Assembly: GCA_030619765.1 (NCBI GenBank)
Contig: JAUXAU010000005.1
Location: 795-64,794 of the forward strand
Source: Thermoplasmatota archaeon
Lineage (GTDB): Archaea > Thermoplasmatota > E2 > DHVEG-1
Length of the DNA stretch: 64,000 nucleotides
Direction: 5' to 3'
Position 1 is the first letter of the stretch; each line of letters opens with the position of its first letter. Shown piece after piece: positions 1-8,217 of the stretch. Under the pieces are notes generated by a model, which worked only from the letters and a program-made list of their open reading frames with translations, had not been told where the DNA came from and searched no databases. The position numbers and the translations under genes were made by a program.

Positions 1-39
1 TCTTATATATAGTATTAGCAAATATTACTCTGATATGGT

Positions 40-993
40 TTGATAAAGATGACTTGCTTAGTTAAAAAAGAAAAACAAGGTATTGATGAAGTCGTTCAAT
101 GTCCTGAATGCGGTAATACACGTTTATCTAGAGACTATAACAGGGGTGAACTTGTCTGCAATGAGTGTGGGCTTGTGATAGATGAAGATTTTATCGATCA
201 TGGGCCTGAATGGCGGGCATTTGACAGTGATCAAAGAGAAAAAAGGGTACGTGTTGGTGCTCCGATGACCCTTACGATTCACGATAAGGGATTAACTACG
301 GATATAGATTGGGCTAACAAAGATTCCTATGGGAAAATGATATCTCCAAGAAATCGTGGGCAATTATATAGACTTCGGAAATGGCAGCGTCGAATACGCA
401 TAGCAAATTCAACGGAGAGAAACCTTGCTCGTGCGCTTTCCTATCTCGATCGGATAGCTTCAAGTATGGGGCTTCCAAGATCAGTCCGTGAAACCGCTGC
501 GATGATTTACCGGAAAGCAGCGTTGAAGAATTTGGTACGTGGTCGAAGTATAGAAGGTGTTGCTGCCGCAGCTTTGTACGCTGCATGCAGACAGTGTCAT
601 GTGCCAAGGACCCTTGATGAGATAAGTAGTGTAGCAGGTATATCAAGAAAGGATATTGGGAGAAACTATCGGTTCGTCACCAAGAAAATCAGATTGAAGC
701 TTCTGCCTACGTCACCTGGGGATTATATTTCACGGTTTTGCAGTGAATTAAAGCTCGGTACCGAGGTTAAAGCAAAAGCTATGGAAATATTGAAATTAGC
801 AACGGAAAAATCCTTGATTAGTGGTAGAAGCCCTGTAGGAAGTACAGCAGCATCTCTCTACATAGCATCTATTCTTTGTGGGGAACGGAGAACACAAAGG
901 GAGATAGCGGATGTAGCAGGCGTCACCGAGGTAACCATTCGAAACAGGTACAAAGAACTGGTAAGGAAACTGGATATAGAGATTGCACTGTAG
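40..993 (+). CDS. tfb: Transcription initiation factor IIB (TFB)
   Basis: N-terminal Zn ribbon CPEC..CNECG, B-reader GPEWRAF, two cyclin repeats (GRSIE, GRSP), C-terminal [13 protein letters not shown]. Confidence 0.98.
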   Translation: MIKMTCLVKKEKQGIDEVVQCPECGNTRLSRDYNRGELVCNECGLVIDEDFIDHGPEWRAFDSDQREKRVRVGAPMTLTIHDKGLTTDIDWANKDSYGKMISPRNRGQLYRLRKWQRRIRIANSTERNLARALSYLDRIASSMGLPRSVRETAAMIYRKAALKNLVRGRSIEGVAAAALYAACRQCHVPRTLDEISSVAGISRKDIGRNYRFVTKKIRLKLLPTSPGDYISRFCSELKLGTEVKAKAMEILKLATEKSLISGRSPVGSTAASLYIASILCGERRTQREIADVAGVTEVTIRNRYKELVRKLDIEIAL

Positions 994-1003
994 ACCCATC
1001 GTT

Positions 1004-1327
1004 CTATTTGCTTTTCTTCTTAACTAAAAATATTTCAATAGAAGATACGTTAGATGTTCTACCTTCTTCATTGGTGAGATTTTCAGTACTGATTTTTATC
1101 TCTTTTACTTCTGCATCTGTAACAAACCTGTTTCTCACAATTTCTGCAGTATCCACCGCTCTACTTATAGCTCTGCCCCTAGCCTTTATTACAACCTCGT
1201 CTGAACCACCACTGAACTCTGTTATTACTGCAAGCACATAACTCATTGGCGGTTTCTTTCCAACATATACTACGTTTTCATCTGTCCTTTCTTCTGTTGT
1301 TTTTCCTACCATAGATTTTTCCTCCAT
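1004..1327 (-). CDS. albA: Chromatin protein Alba
   Basis: [31 protein letters not shown] and NVSSIEIFL motifs. Confidence 0.97.
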   Translation of the reverse strand: MEEKSMVGKTTEERTDENVVYVGKKPPMSYVLAVITEFSGGSDEVVIKARGRAISRAVDTAEIVRNRFVTDAEVKEIKISTENLTNEEGRTSNVSSIEIFLVKKKSK

Positions 1328-1534
1328 TGAACATAGTTGACTACTTCCTGTTGATCTAATATTTCAAATTGCCTCCTATCCTATAAATGCTTCCATTAGA
1401 CCAAACTCTAAGAGTTTTATCCGAATTAGATGAATTTTCATACTCCATCAAAAAATATCTTCGACAACCCCTCCGTGAAATTTTCACCGAATTCCATCAA
1501 TAAAATCTCCATTTCAATCGAGCCTCTTCTCCCA

Positions 1535-1777
1535 TTACAATCCGCTCCTTTTTACCATTTCTCCAAACAACTTCCAACCTCTCATAGTATTCTTACTCAT
1601 ATAGACAAACTTTCCCTTTACCCTATCAAATATAGAGACGATCTCATCATCATCCTCATGTATCGCAACAAGAACCTTGCCGTCGGAATATGCGCCATAT
1701 CGGCCACCGGAAGGAAGTGCATATCCGCCTATCTTCTTCATGTTTTTCCTTACTTCATCCGCGTTCGGTATTTCCAT
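1535..1777 (-). CDS. Hypothetical protein
   Basis: 80-aa ORF co-oriented with the leftward operon. Confidence 0.55.
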   Translation of the reverse strand: MEIPNADEVRKNMKKIGGYALPSGGRYGAYSDGKVLVAIHEDDDEIVSIFDRVKGKFVYMSKNTMRGWKLFGEMVKRSGL

Positions 1778-1856
1778 TTATATCGCCATATCCTATCAAT
1801 GGGAAAAGTTGACTCAACTAATTCGTCAACATGAAGCCCCCCCTACTTTTTTTTAC

Positions 1857-2087
1857 TCAACAAACACAATGGTCGCTTAATTCCATAAACCAAGAACGCC
1901 AGTATGGAGATAAATTGTTGCCTGTTTTTGGATCTGTTCGAGTGTCTGGTTTTTCCTTTTTCGGTGTAATATAAACATCTATACCACCGTGTTTGTTTGT
2001 AATCAGATGAACTTTCATGTTTTTCTTTTTTGCTTCTCTCTCGTATTGTTGAAGAGAGCAATAATTACATTGTGTCAATTCACTCAT
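1857..2087 (-). CDS. Small Cys-rich hypothetical protein
   Basis: CNYC near N-terminus, HCVC at C-terminus; overlaps the stop of the upstream gene. Confidence 0.7.
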   Translation of the reverse strand: MSELTQCNYCSLQQYEREAKKKNMKVHLITNKHGGIDVYITPKKEKPDTRTDPKTGNNLSPYWRSWFMELSDHCVC

Positions 2088-2340
2088 TTTTTAATCCCTC
2101 CATATTATCAACACCACTACTTTTTAATCTCATTAAAAGTTGGAGATAACTCACTGACTTATGAATGGTGTTCAGATCATTGACCTTATTTTTCCAAACA
2201 TTCATAGTCTTGTCATCGAGCGATAAATCCCCAATCAAATCGACTGCTATCATCTTCAAACACTCGACCAGATCATAGTACCCACCGAATCCTTCCTGAG
2301 CTAGAAGATCATCCAGTTTGTTCCAATCTTCACGGTTCAT
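2080..2340 (-). CDS. Hypothetical protein
   Basis: ATGA overlap with the DUF4326 gene; operon packing. Confidence 0.7.
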   Translation of the reverse strand: MNREDWNKLDDLLAQEGFGGYYDLVECLKMIAVDLIGDLSLDDKTMNVWKNKVNDLNTIHKSVSYLQLLMRLKSSGVDNMEGLKNE

Positions 2341-2666
2341 TTTTTATTTACCTCAAAATCCAACTTTTCAACCAATTCAACTAACACATCACCATGGCAC
2401 GCCTCTGGCTTACACCAACAACACAATGTTTTTCCCTCAAGCTCATGGAGACAACCAAGCAGTTTCGGATTATCCTGTAAATATTCTCTGTATAATTCAA
2501 TTGACTTTTGTCTACCATGTTTTTTTACAGAAAATGGATTATGCCATTTCGATTGTTGGAATGGAGTAAAGTAAACAGATCTGCCAATATAAGCATATTT
2601 GTCTGTTTCCTTCAATACTCTATTCCAAAAATCGGTCCCTTTGCCTTTCAAATTAATGACATTCAT
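2337..2666 (-). CDS. DUF4326 domain protein
   Basis: YIGR...SKWHNPF...YREYL...LEGKTLCCWCKPEACHGDVL family signature. Confidence 0.9.
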   Translation of the reverse strand: MNVINLKGKGTDFWNRVLKETDKYAYIGRSVYFTPFQQSKWHNPFSVKKHGRQKSIELYREYLQDNPKLLGCLHELEGKTLCCWCKPEACHGDVLVELVEKLDFEVNKK

Positions 2667-3009
2667 ATGATGGCCTCGCTACCTTTTTAACATCTTCAAC
2701 AGTGTCAAGGAAAATCCTCGTTTGTTCAATTACCCTGTCTCTTTTTGACAGAACTCTGGCACCTCTAAAACGAGGGCTTGGATATTTTTTACACAAGCAA
2801 GAAGGGATATCCAGGTTGCAGTTATCACACCACAAAAAATCTCTGTATTCACTCCAATGAAGCACCGTATCAAATGCTTTGGTACCACATATCGGGCAAG
2901 CATACCCGAGCTCCACAGGAAAGAATAATGACGTTCCAGAGGGTCTTCTACCGAGTAACTCTTCAGCACGTTTGTTTTTACTCTGTTTCTCTTTTGGTGT
3001 CTTATACAT
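2653..3009 (-). CDS. Zn-finger hypothetical protein
   Basis: CPIC...CDNC plus CLC; first ORF downstream of TIGR array 1. Confidence 0.75.
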   Translation of the reverse strand: MYKTPKEKQSKNKRAEELLGRRPSGTSLFFPVELGYACPICGTKAFDTVLHWSEYRDFLWCDNCNLDIPSCLCKKYPSPRFRGARVLSKRDRVIEQTRIFLDTVEDVKKVARPSYECH

Positions 3010-3077
3010 TCAAGGGTCCCTTCTAATATCAGTAATTTGAATAAAAGATGTACGGTTCCTTGCTTCATAATGGTTTG

Positions 3078-3120
3078 TAGCAATAGCTGACTTATTGGTT
3101 CTGGAAGTCAGCCATTGCTA
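3078..3120 (-). terminator. Stem-loop at the 3' end of TIGR array 1 (terminator or processing hairpin)
   Basis: Minus strand TAGCAATGGCTGACTT-11 nt-AAGTCAGCTATTGCTA; 16-bp stem fully paired as RNA on the minus strand (one G.U). Confidence 0.75.
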
Positions 3121-4277
3121 TAGTTCGCAATTATCGAATGGGCTTCATCCATTGCTTGGCTCGCACATTGTTTGTGGGCTTCAACCTTCCATTGGCTCGC
3201 ATTTTCTCCTTGGGCTTCACATTTTATGTGGCTCGCAATTTGTCAGTGGGCTTCACATTTTCACTGGCTCGCATTTTTTTATTGGGCTTCAACATTATAT
3301 TGGCTCGCACGCTTTCTTTGGGCTTCACCTATGTGATGGCTCGCACATCTCAAATGGGTTTCAATTATCAACTGGCTCGCACGTTGTTTATGGGCTTCAA
3401 CCTTCCACTGGCTCGCATTTCCCTATTGGGCTTCAATCATCAAATGGCTCGCATATATTCGATGGGCTTCACATTCCAACTGGCTCGCATATTGGATATG
3501 GTTTTCAAAGTTTTTATGGCTCGCATAAACCCCATGGGCGTCATAAGTTCACTGGCTCGCATCTATGACATGGGCTTCAACGCTTCTATGGCTCGCACGT
3601 TGCAAATGGGCTTCATGTTCTTCATGGCTCGCATCTTTTCCATGGTCTTCAAATCTAGAGTGGCTCGCATATCTCGATTGGGCTTCAACTTTCAACTGGC
3701 TCGCATTTTTCCAATGGGCTTCAACCATCTAATGGCTCGCAGCTTGTCAGTGGGCTTCAATCTTTTCCTGGCTCGCAGTTTTTCAATGGGCTTCAATCTC
3801 TCAGTGGCTCGCATGTCTACCCTGGGCTTCAAACTCCCTATGGCTCGCACTATTACAATGGGCTTCAGTATCCCGATGGCTCGCACTCTCTATATGGGCT
3901 TCGGATGTTACATGGCTCGCATTCACATCATGGGCTTCAGTCCTTTCCTGGCTCGCATATAGTATTTGGGCTTCAATATCCCATTGGCTCGCATTTCTTC
4001 TCTGGGCTTCAATCTTTATATGGCTCGCATATTTCCAATGGGCTTCAAATTGTACATGGCTCGCATTTTCTTCGTGGGCTTCAAATCCAAGATGGCTCGC
4101 ACTTTTGGTTTGGGCTTCAGTTATCAACTGGCTCGCACTATTACGATGGGCTTCAGTATCCCGATGGCTCGCAAATTCCCCCTGGGCTTCATTCTTAGAT
4201 TGGCTCGCATTTATTATCTGGGCTTCAACCCCTTATTGGCTCGCACATTTTATTTGGGTTTCAATCTTTTCTTGGCT
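3121..4277 (-). ncRNA. TIGR array 1 (tandem interspaced guide RNA array), 32 units of 36 nt
   Basis: Strict period TGCGAGCCA-N9-TGAAGCCCA-N9 on the minus strand, 64 variable 9-nt spacers each flanked by CCA and TG (one by CG); begins ~14 nt after the stop of a Nop-domain gene. Confidence 0.93.
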
Positions 4278-4291
4278 ATTTTTAACATCAT

Positions 4292-5176
4292 TTAGAAGTT
4301 GTATTTGCCTTCCCAGTCTACAGCATCTCTCCATGTAGTAACGTCTTTGTGTCCTAATGCCTCTTTCACATAGGGTTCTCTGACATCTAATCCTGCCATT
4401 TCCCTAGCACATCCATAATAATGGGCCAGGAAAAGCTTCCTCGTTACTCTGAGTGCCATGTTATGTGCATGCCCTTTTATGAGTTTGGTATCCTCTTTTT
4501 TGTATGGTTTACCGTATTTGGCTTCTAATTCACCTTCCGGGTATTTTCTGTTCAAATATCTTGTTTTAGCATCGTTGTAACATTTTCTATAGATTCCCTT
4601 GTTTTGTTTCATCAGATTATCACTGATTTTCCATGTAAAGGTCAGCAGACGCGGGTTGAACTTCTGATCCTTGTGTCGTTTAGGTGCTTTTCCATCTCCT
4701 GTTACATCATTGCCTGTATGGCACCATAAACTGGAAGTTGTATGGTATTGTGAACAATCGCCAAATTCTTTTAACAAATTTGCACTGATAACAGGGCCGA
4801 TGCCTCTGATTTTTTCCAGAAACTCGGTGTAGACTTTCTCTTGTAACACATACTCGAGCATCCTATTTTTATATTTGTCTTCGATGTTCTCCGATTCATC
4901 TGCCAGATCCCAGCACATTTGTACATATCTATGTTCATGTTCGGTGATTTCTTTCTTTTCAAGTAAATCATTCCACAGATTGAAAAGTTGCTTGTCTGTA
5001 TATTTCTTTTTGAAGTCTCTGTCTTCCTTTTTTTCTTCTACAGCGTCAAAATCTATTCCTTCTACTTTTTTTCTTATGATGTCTCTTATTCGATTTTTGG
5101 TGCTTATTCTTACTTCTTGCATATCATAGTAGGCACCTGCTACTATCCTGCCTAACATTTTTGTTATATCTGACAT
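4292..5176 (-). CDS. tasA: TIGR-associated Nop-domain protein without nuclease domain (TasA-like)
   Basis: Coiled coil YYDMQEVRI..KNR, IS110/Nop-like IRGIGPVISANLL..GD...SSLWCHTG, YRKCY..AK, KGHAHNMALR..RKLFLAH, PY...LGH. No RuvC/DEDD or HNH motifs. Flanked by TIGR arrays. Confidence 0.88.
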   Translation of the reverse strand: MSDITKMLGRIVAGAYYDMQEVRISTKNRIRDIIRKKVEGIDFDAVEEKKEDRDFKKKYTDKQLFNLWNDLLEKKEITEHEHRYVQMCWDLADESENIEDKYKNRMLEYVLQEKVYTEFLEKIRGIGPVISANLLKEFGDCSQYHTTSSLWCHTGNDVTGDGKAPKRHKDQKFNPRLLTFTWKISDNLMKQNKGIYRKCYNDAKTRYLNRKYPEGELEAKYGKPYKKEDTKLIKGHAHNMALRVTRKLFLAHYYGCAREMAGLDVREPYVKEALGHKDVTTWRDAVDWEGKYNF

Positions 5177-5193
5177 ATCATATCACTCCCTTT

Positions 5194-5239
5194 TGGTTTT
5201 CAATCTTGCATTAACTCCCAGGTGTCTCTCTGGTTTTTA
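5194..5239 (-). repeat. Degenerate TIGR repeat remnant just upstream of tasA
   Basis: Minus strand TAAAAACCA-N10-TGGGAGTTA-N9-TGAAAACCA resembles loop/edge/loop repeats. Confidence 0.5.
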
Positions 5240-5346
5240 CGTTACGAATGACTATCATTCTAGGCCAACAACCATACAATCGGAGATGGGATTACACCCC
5301 TGAATCATACCGCTGCCAGATGCCCATGCCTTATTTAACAAGAGAA

Positions 5347-5508
5347 TCATTTTTTACCCTCTTCATCTAACTTATCAAGGCCGATATTTAAGATAATTCT
5401 CAACAACTCTGAATTATGTTTATACCTTCCAGAATTCATATAGGCCATAAATCGTTTGTATTGACTTTTTGTCGGTCTGACTATTAAACAATGATCGCTT
5501 TCTTCCAT
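5347..5508 (-). CDS. Ribbon-helix-helix (CopG-like) protein, 53 aa; not in the supplied ORF track
   Basis: Hand translation MEESDHCLIVRPTKSQYKRFMAYMNSGRYKHNSELLRIILNIGLDKLDEEGKK fits the strand-helix-GRY.x.SELLR-helix RHH pattern. Confidence 0.7.
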   Translation of the reverse strand: MEESDHCLIVRPTKSQYKRFMAYMNSGRYKHNSELLRIILNIGLDKLDEEGKK

Positions 5509-5537
5509 TTTTCAGTTCTCCTTATTTTTTTATCGTT

Positions 5538-5565
5538 AAACCACCGGATTTTACCCCGGTGGCTT
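5538..5565 (-). terminator. Stem-loop at the 3' end of TIGR array 2
   Basis: Minus strand AAGCCACCGG-GGTAAAAT-CCGGTGGTTT, 10-bp stem with one G.U. Confidence 0.6.
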
Positions 5566-5962
5566 CGCATACCTTTTTTGGACTTCACAATATCAATGGC
5601 TCGCACATTTCCCATGGGCGTCAATACCCTACTGGCTCGCATATGTCAAGTGGGGTTCAAATCTGAAATGGCTCGCATATTGGGCATGGGCTTCAAATCT
5701 AAATTGGCTCGCACTATCACAATGGGCTTCAGTATCCCGATGGCTTGCATCTTTTTATTGGCCTTCAACATTTCATTGGCTCGCACTCTCTATATGGGCT
5801 TCAGATGTTACATGGCTCGCAGATTTTCAATGGGCTTCACTCTTCTATTGGCTCACACATCTCAGATGGACTTCATACACCAATTGGTTCCGCAAGATTT
5901 ATATGGATTTTACATATGCCGTGGCTTGCAGAAGATATATGCATTTTATACCCATTCTGGCG
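5560..5962 (-). ncRNA. TIGR array 2, ~10-11 units with degenerate ends
   Basis: Same edge and loop repeats and 9-nt spacers as array 1; shares spacer pairs with array 1. Confidence 0.9.
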
Positions 5963-6033
5963 GTATGCCCCTTCTTGGCGTTCTTCGTTCCCAAGAACCA
6001 TTCGGGAATACACGATAGCAATATTATAAACTG

Positions 6034-6098
6034 TACAAATGATTAATAAAGGTAACTGTATTATTCATAAAATACATATGGTCATACAATAACAATAG
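6034..6098 (-). promoter_or_regulatory. Left copy of a 65-bp inverted repeat; putative promoter/operator facing TIGR array 2
   Basis: Reverse complement of 7193-7257 with 2 mismatches (53-bp perfect core); contains TTTATTAA on the minus strand and a TGTATT-N8-AATACA palindrome. Confidence 0.75.
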
Positions 6099-6102
6099 GT
6101 AG

Positions 6103-7110
6103 ATGATAAAAATGGCTAACAAAAAAAATAGAACAAGGGTTGGTGTATTGGGTGATGATTTAGATAAGAGAGAGACTACAAAAAAGATTAATTTTATATT
6201 AGAAGGACCTAAAGAAACATGGTATACTATACAAGAAATAGTGGATCTTGGACAGGATAAATACGGATTAAACTTTCCTACAAAAGAGACGATATCTCGA
6301 TATCTAAACTCTATGATGGACGATAAAAAAGTAGAAGTAAAAAAACCAGAGAAAAAAGGGTTAGCATATAAGTGGAGATTGAAAAAACATTTGTATGTGT
6401 ATGAAGATCTGGTATTCGATTACGATCTCAATGTATTAAACGAATTAAAAGACTATATCACACCTCTCCAAAGAGATATGCATAATATTTTAGTATTTGG
6501 TCCAGTAACCATCTGCAACTTCCCTTTGTATGATTTTAAAGAATGTAGAGAAGAAATTAAAGAAGCAGTGGTTATATTGAAAGATGCTACAGATAAATTA
6601 GATGAATTATACATAGGACGGATATTGCATCTTGTTACCAATTATATTGATACACTAAACGAAATGAAGGCTCCTCTCTTGGATAAGCAGTTGATTTCTA
6701 TTTTTACTTCTGGGTTAGAAAATAAAGTACCCTTAGACCATAGATTGTGTAAGTGGGATAAACAGATTAATGAATGGATTAGAGAAACTATACCTGCAGA
6801 TAACGAGGAGGAAAAGAGACTTGTTGTTAGCAAGGATCTCTCATTAGCTAAACTTCTGAAGAGTGAATATTACCCGTCCAAGGGGGATGATGAGGTTTTG
6901 GAACTGATAGCCGATTACCATATTGGAAAAAATATCGGTGATTGTTTCCTTCACTTGTATCTTATGTTATCAGATGTCGTAATGATGCCACATCCCATCG
7001 TTATCGTTCGTAGCAATGTGACAGATCGGAAGGATTTAGCAAATTCTTATTCCAAGAGACGTATATTAGCACGAAAAGGTTTGTTAATTGATAAAAAGAT
7101 TGTGAAATGA
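6103..7110 (+). CDS. Putative transcriptional regulator with N-terminal winged HTH
   Basis: YTIQEIV...PTKETISRYLNSMMDDKKVEV..YKWRL wHTH pattern; enclosed by the inverted repeats. Confidence 0.65.
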   Translation: MIKMANKKNRTRVGVLGDDLDKRETTKKINFILEGPKETWYTIQEIVDLGQDKYGLNFPTKETISRYLNSMMDDKKVEVKKPEKKGLAYKWRLKKHLYVYEDLVFDYDLNVLNELKDYITPLQRDMHNILVFGPVTICNFPLYDFKECREEIKEAVVILKDATDKLDELYIGRILHLVTNYIDTLNEMKAPLLDKQLISIFTSGLENKVPLDHRLCKWDKQINEWIRETIPADNEEEKRLVVSKDLSLAKLLKSEYYPSKGDDEVLELIADYHIGKNIGDCFLHLYLMLSDVVMMPHPIVIVRSNVTDRKDLANSYSKRRILARKGLLIDKKIVK

Positions 7111-7192
7111 GATTATAGCTAATCAGCGGGTTTTTAACCTTGGGTGTATCGGTTTATTAATATCGATAAAATAGAATTGAAATAATTTTTAT

Positions 7193-7257
7193 CTATCGTT
7201 ATTGTATGACCATATGTATTTTATGAATAATACAGTTACCTTTATTAATCCTTTGTA
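7193..7257 (+). promoter_or_regulatory. Right copy of the 65-bp inverted repeat; putative promoter of the rightward operon
   Basis: TTTATTAA at 7241-7248, about 22 nt before the ATG at 7270, which fits leaderless archaeal promoter spacing. Confidence 0.75.
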
Positions 7258-7269
7258 TGATTTTTAAGC

Positions 7270-7455
7270 ATGGTGAAAAGAATCCGGAAAAAAATCATAA
7301 AAATGGGGAAATCCAGGGGTATTACCATTCCCTATACGTACTTCGACCAGTGGCTAATGCAAGATAAGGAAATTACGGGATTTATGGTTGATCTTGGAAA
7401 AAACATCCTGTTACGACCCATCTTTAGCAGGAAGAAAAAAGACTTGGAGGACTAA
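7270..7455 (+). CDS. AbrB/SpoVT-like DNA-binding protein
   Basis: KIIKMGKSRGITIP...ILLRP swapped-hairpin motif. Confidence 0.8.
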   Translation: MVKRIRKKIIKMGKSRGITIPYTYFDQWLMQDKEITGFMVDLGKNILLRPIFSRKKKDLED

Positions 7456-7458
7456 AAA

Positions 7459-8211
7459 ATGCACGAAGAGTTATTCACAATTGCCCAACATTATGGGGAT
7501 AATTGCAGCAATTGTAAAGAAATTTGCTGTGCCAATATGATACTGGATATAGATAGAGAGAACATTAAAGCCATGTCCAAGTACTTGAGAATGCAACCAG
7601 TAGAATTCAGGCGAAAATACACAAAATTATATAATAACCTCTTCAAGGAAGGGGAAATTAAATCCCTCAGTGCAATGGGGAAAAAACAAGCAAAACGAAA
7701 CTCAAGGGTTTTAGTGTTCAACACACATCCTCTTGACTCCGTTGAACTATCAAATGACCAGAGGACTCGGCTTATCGATACTATTGAGGAAATGTCCGGT
7801 GAAAAAGTAGGTAATGCTACTGAGGAAGTGGGTTTTTCTCTTTGTCCTTTTTATGATGAGAAAACCCATATGTGTACAGTACATTCTGTTCGCCCCACTG
7901 CTTGTCAACAGTATCCCTTCAACATTGTCGACAAGGAAACCATCGACATTCGAAAGGTTAACATCTGTGTCATTTCCACAAACTTTCTTCGAAGGTTTCA
8001 AAAGTTTGTGGAAAAAGCAGATACTCCAAATGCACAGAAATATGCTCAACAGGTCAAGGATGACATCCACAATGGTGGATATTCCAACCATTATCATCTA
8101 CCGTTACCTATTGTCCTCTTTTACATTGATTACGAATGCAAAAAACTGGGGATACGTACAAGTCCTAAATTTGAAAGAATTTCAGAGATAGCATTAGAGA
8201 AATGGATATAG
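7459..8211 (+). CDS. YkgJ-family (CxxCxxCC) cysteine-cluster protein
   Basis: CSNCKEICC...CPFY...CTVHSVRPTACQQYPF. Confidence 0.88.
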   Translation: MHEELFTIAQHYGDNCSNCKEICCANMILDIDRENIKAMSKYLRMQPVEFRRKYTKLYNNLFKEGEIKSLSAMGKKQAKRNSRVLVFNTHPLDSVELSNDQRTRLIDTIEEMSGEKVGNATEEVGFSLCPFYDEKTHMCTVHSVRPTACQQYPFNIVDKETIDIRKVNICVISTNFLRRFQKFVEKADTPNAQKYAQQVKDDIHNGGYSNHYHLPLPIVLFYIDYECKKLGIRTSPKFERISEIALEKWI

Positions 8212-8217
8212 ACAGGA

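Noticed and set aside
1430-1834. Plus-strand ORFs opposite the leftward operon, and other antisense ORFs in the track (e.g. 12436-12984, 58305-58940)
   Set aside because: Shadow frames of better-supported genes on the opposite strand, with no motifs.
3121-4277. CRISPR array
   Set aside because: Repeats and spacers are only 9 nt with two alternating repeats, and no cas genes are present. The layout fits TIGR.
3095-4338. Long overlapping ORFs with 12-aa periodic repeats (MARI..MGF, GSH..GLQ), also at 5491-6029 and 17665-17978
   Set aside because: Artefacts of the 36-nt repeat being stop-poor in several frames. Conservation is at nucleotide level in fixed 9-mers, one frame has an internal stop, and edge-repeat indels break frames.
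4292-5176. IS110 transposase / insertion sequence
   Set aside because: Only the Nop-like region is similar. The N-terminal DEDD RuvC domain and the catalytic-serine SG motif are not visible, and the gene is flanked by guide arrays.
5255-5350. 31-codon minus-strand ORF coupled to the RHH gene
   Set aside because: Too short and no recognisable motif; cannot be supported.
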